Part shown: positions 42,967 through 43,200 of the stretch, one piece after another
Numbering within the stretch: position 1 is the first letter of the stretch
Layout: every line of letters starts with the position of its first letter
Assembly (NCBI GenBank): GCA_030625165.1
Contig: DAOURL010000002.1
Location: 1-43,200, forward strand
DNA length: 43,200 bases
Reading direction: 5' to 3'
Source of the DNA: Methanosarcinales archaeon
GTDB lineage: Archaea; Halobacteriota; Methanosarcinia; Methanosarcinales; Methanogasteraceae
Notes under the pieces: generated by a model
Database searches by the model: none
The model's input: only the letters and a program-made list of their open reading frames with translations
Told to the model about the DNA's origin: nothing
Position numbers and translations under genes: made by a program

Positions 42967-43200
42967 GTAACTACACAGGTACCTAAACCACTATCGGGGG
43001 ACTTCACTATGCAGGGACTACCCGAGACATGGGCATACTGTAACCAAACAGGGAATTTAACCGCAGAGTGCGCGGAGGGGCGCGGAGGGGGGATAAATGG
43101 TTAAATGCTCTGCGTTCCTCTGCGCCCTCCGCGGTTATTTTTCTTGTCAGAAAGTGCAGGATCACAATCGGGAGACCAATCAACATACCTGAGTAGTTAC
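42967..43200. mobile_element. MITE family B, copy 3 (ends exactly at the window edge)
   Basis: GTAACTACACAGGTA ... TACCTGAGTAGTTAC. Hairpin core at 43059-43136. Nearly identical to copy 1. Confidence 0.8.

Noticed and set aside
1-43200. tRNA, rRNA or other canonical RNA genes
   Set aside because: I scanned all intergenic regions for GGTTCGAATCC-like T-arms and acceptor or D-arm patterns and found none.

Overview
This is a 43.2-kb archaeal chromosome segment. By inference from gene content it comes from a methanogen of the Methanosarcinales/Methanotrichales type: CdhE of acetyl-CoA decarbonylase/synthase, an FmdE-domain protein, a DUF1608 S-layer-type protein with a PGF-CTERM anchor, archaeal RadA, LonB, Hef, SepF, Sec61-beta, ELP3 and AcnX. 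It holds about 45 densely packed protein genes. I saw no rRNA, tRNA or CRISPR array.

Housekeeping blocks:
- A Dpp/Nik-type ABC importer operon plus fmdE (2.0-7.9 kb).
- sepF-cdhE, uvrC, a HemK-like methylase, and radA-pgp.
- A GlcD/GlcF-like oxidoreductase, a bactofilin-like gene plus fumA, elp3, purT, lonB, hef, and the AcnX large subunit.

Four visibly AT-richer accessory islets interrupt these blocks:
- (i) 1-1.9 kb: the N-terminus of a type IIG R-M/PglX-like enzyme, a frameshifted mevalonate-kinase 5' fragment, an HD hydrolase and a small ORF.
- (ii) 14.0-15.3 kb: three small genes (wHTH, DUF3467-like, unknown).
- (iii) 26.5-27.4 kb: an NYN-LOTUS protein.
- (iv) 37.7-40.3 kb: an HsdR_N-type nuclease, HicB/HicA and HepT/MNT.

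The most unusual content is non-coding:
- (a) 29.85-30.47 kb carries three head-to-tail copies of a module made of an archaeal TATA promoter plus a 13-bp-stem hairpin. The hairpin encloses a G-free C/A-rich loop whose centre differs between copies. This is a candidate new sRNA family.
- (b) There are two MITE-like families with terminal inverted repeats and target-site duplications. Family A has 2 copies. Family B has 1 solo copy plus a tandem array of about 3.5 copies at the window end.
- (c) Both families share the same long hairpin core, built from three C[A/G]C[A/G]GAGG repeats per arm.
- (d) A (TTTCAC)n-CCCGCTC element lies at the same distance from a TATA box upstream of radA and in the cdhE-uvrC spacer.
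- (e) Short in-frame tandem duplications recur inside several genes.

All functional calls come from reading the translations against remembered family signatures. No database search was run.
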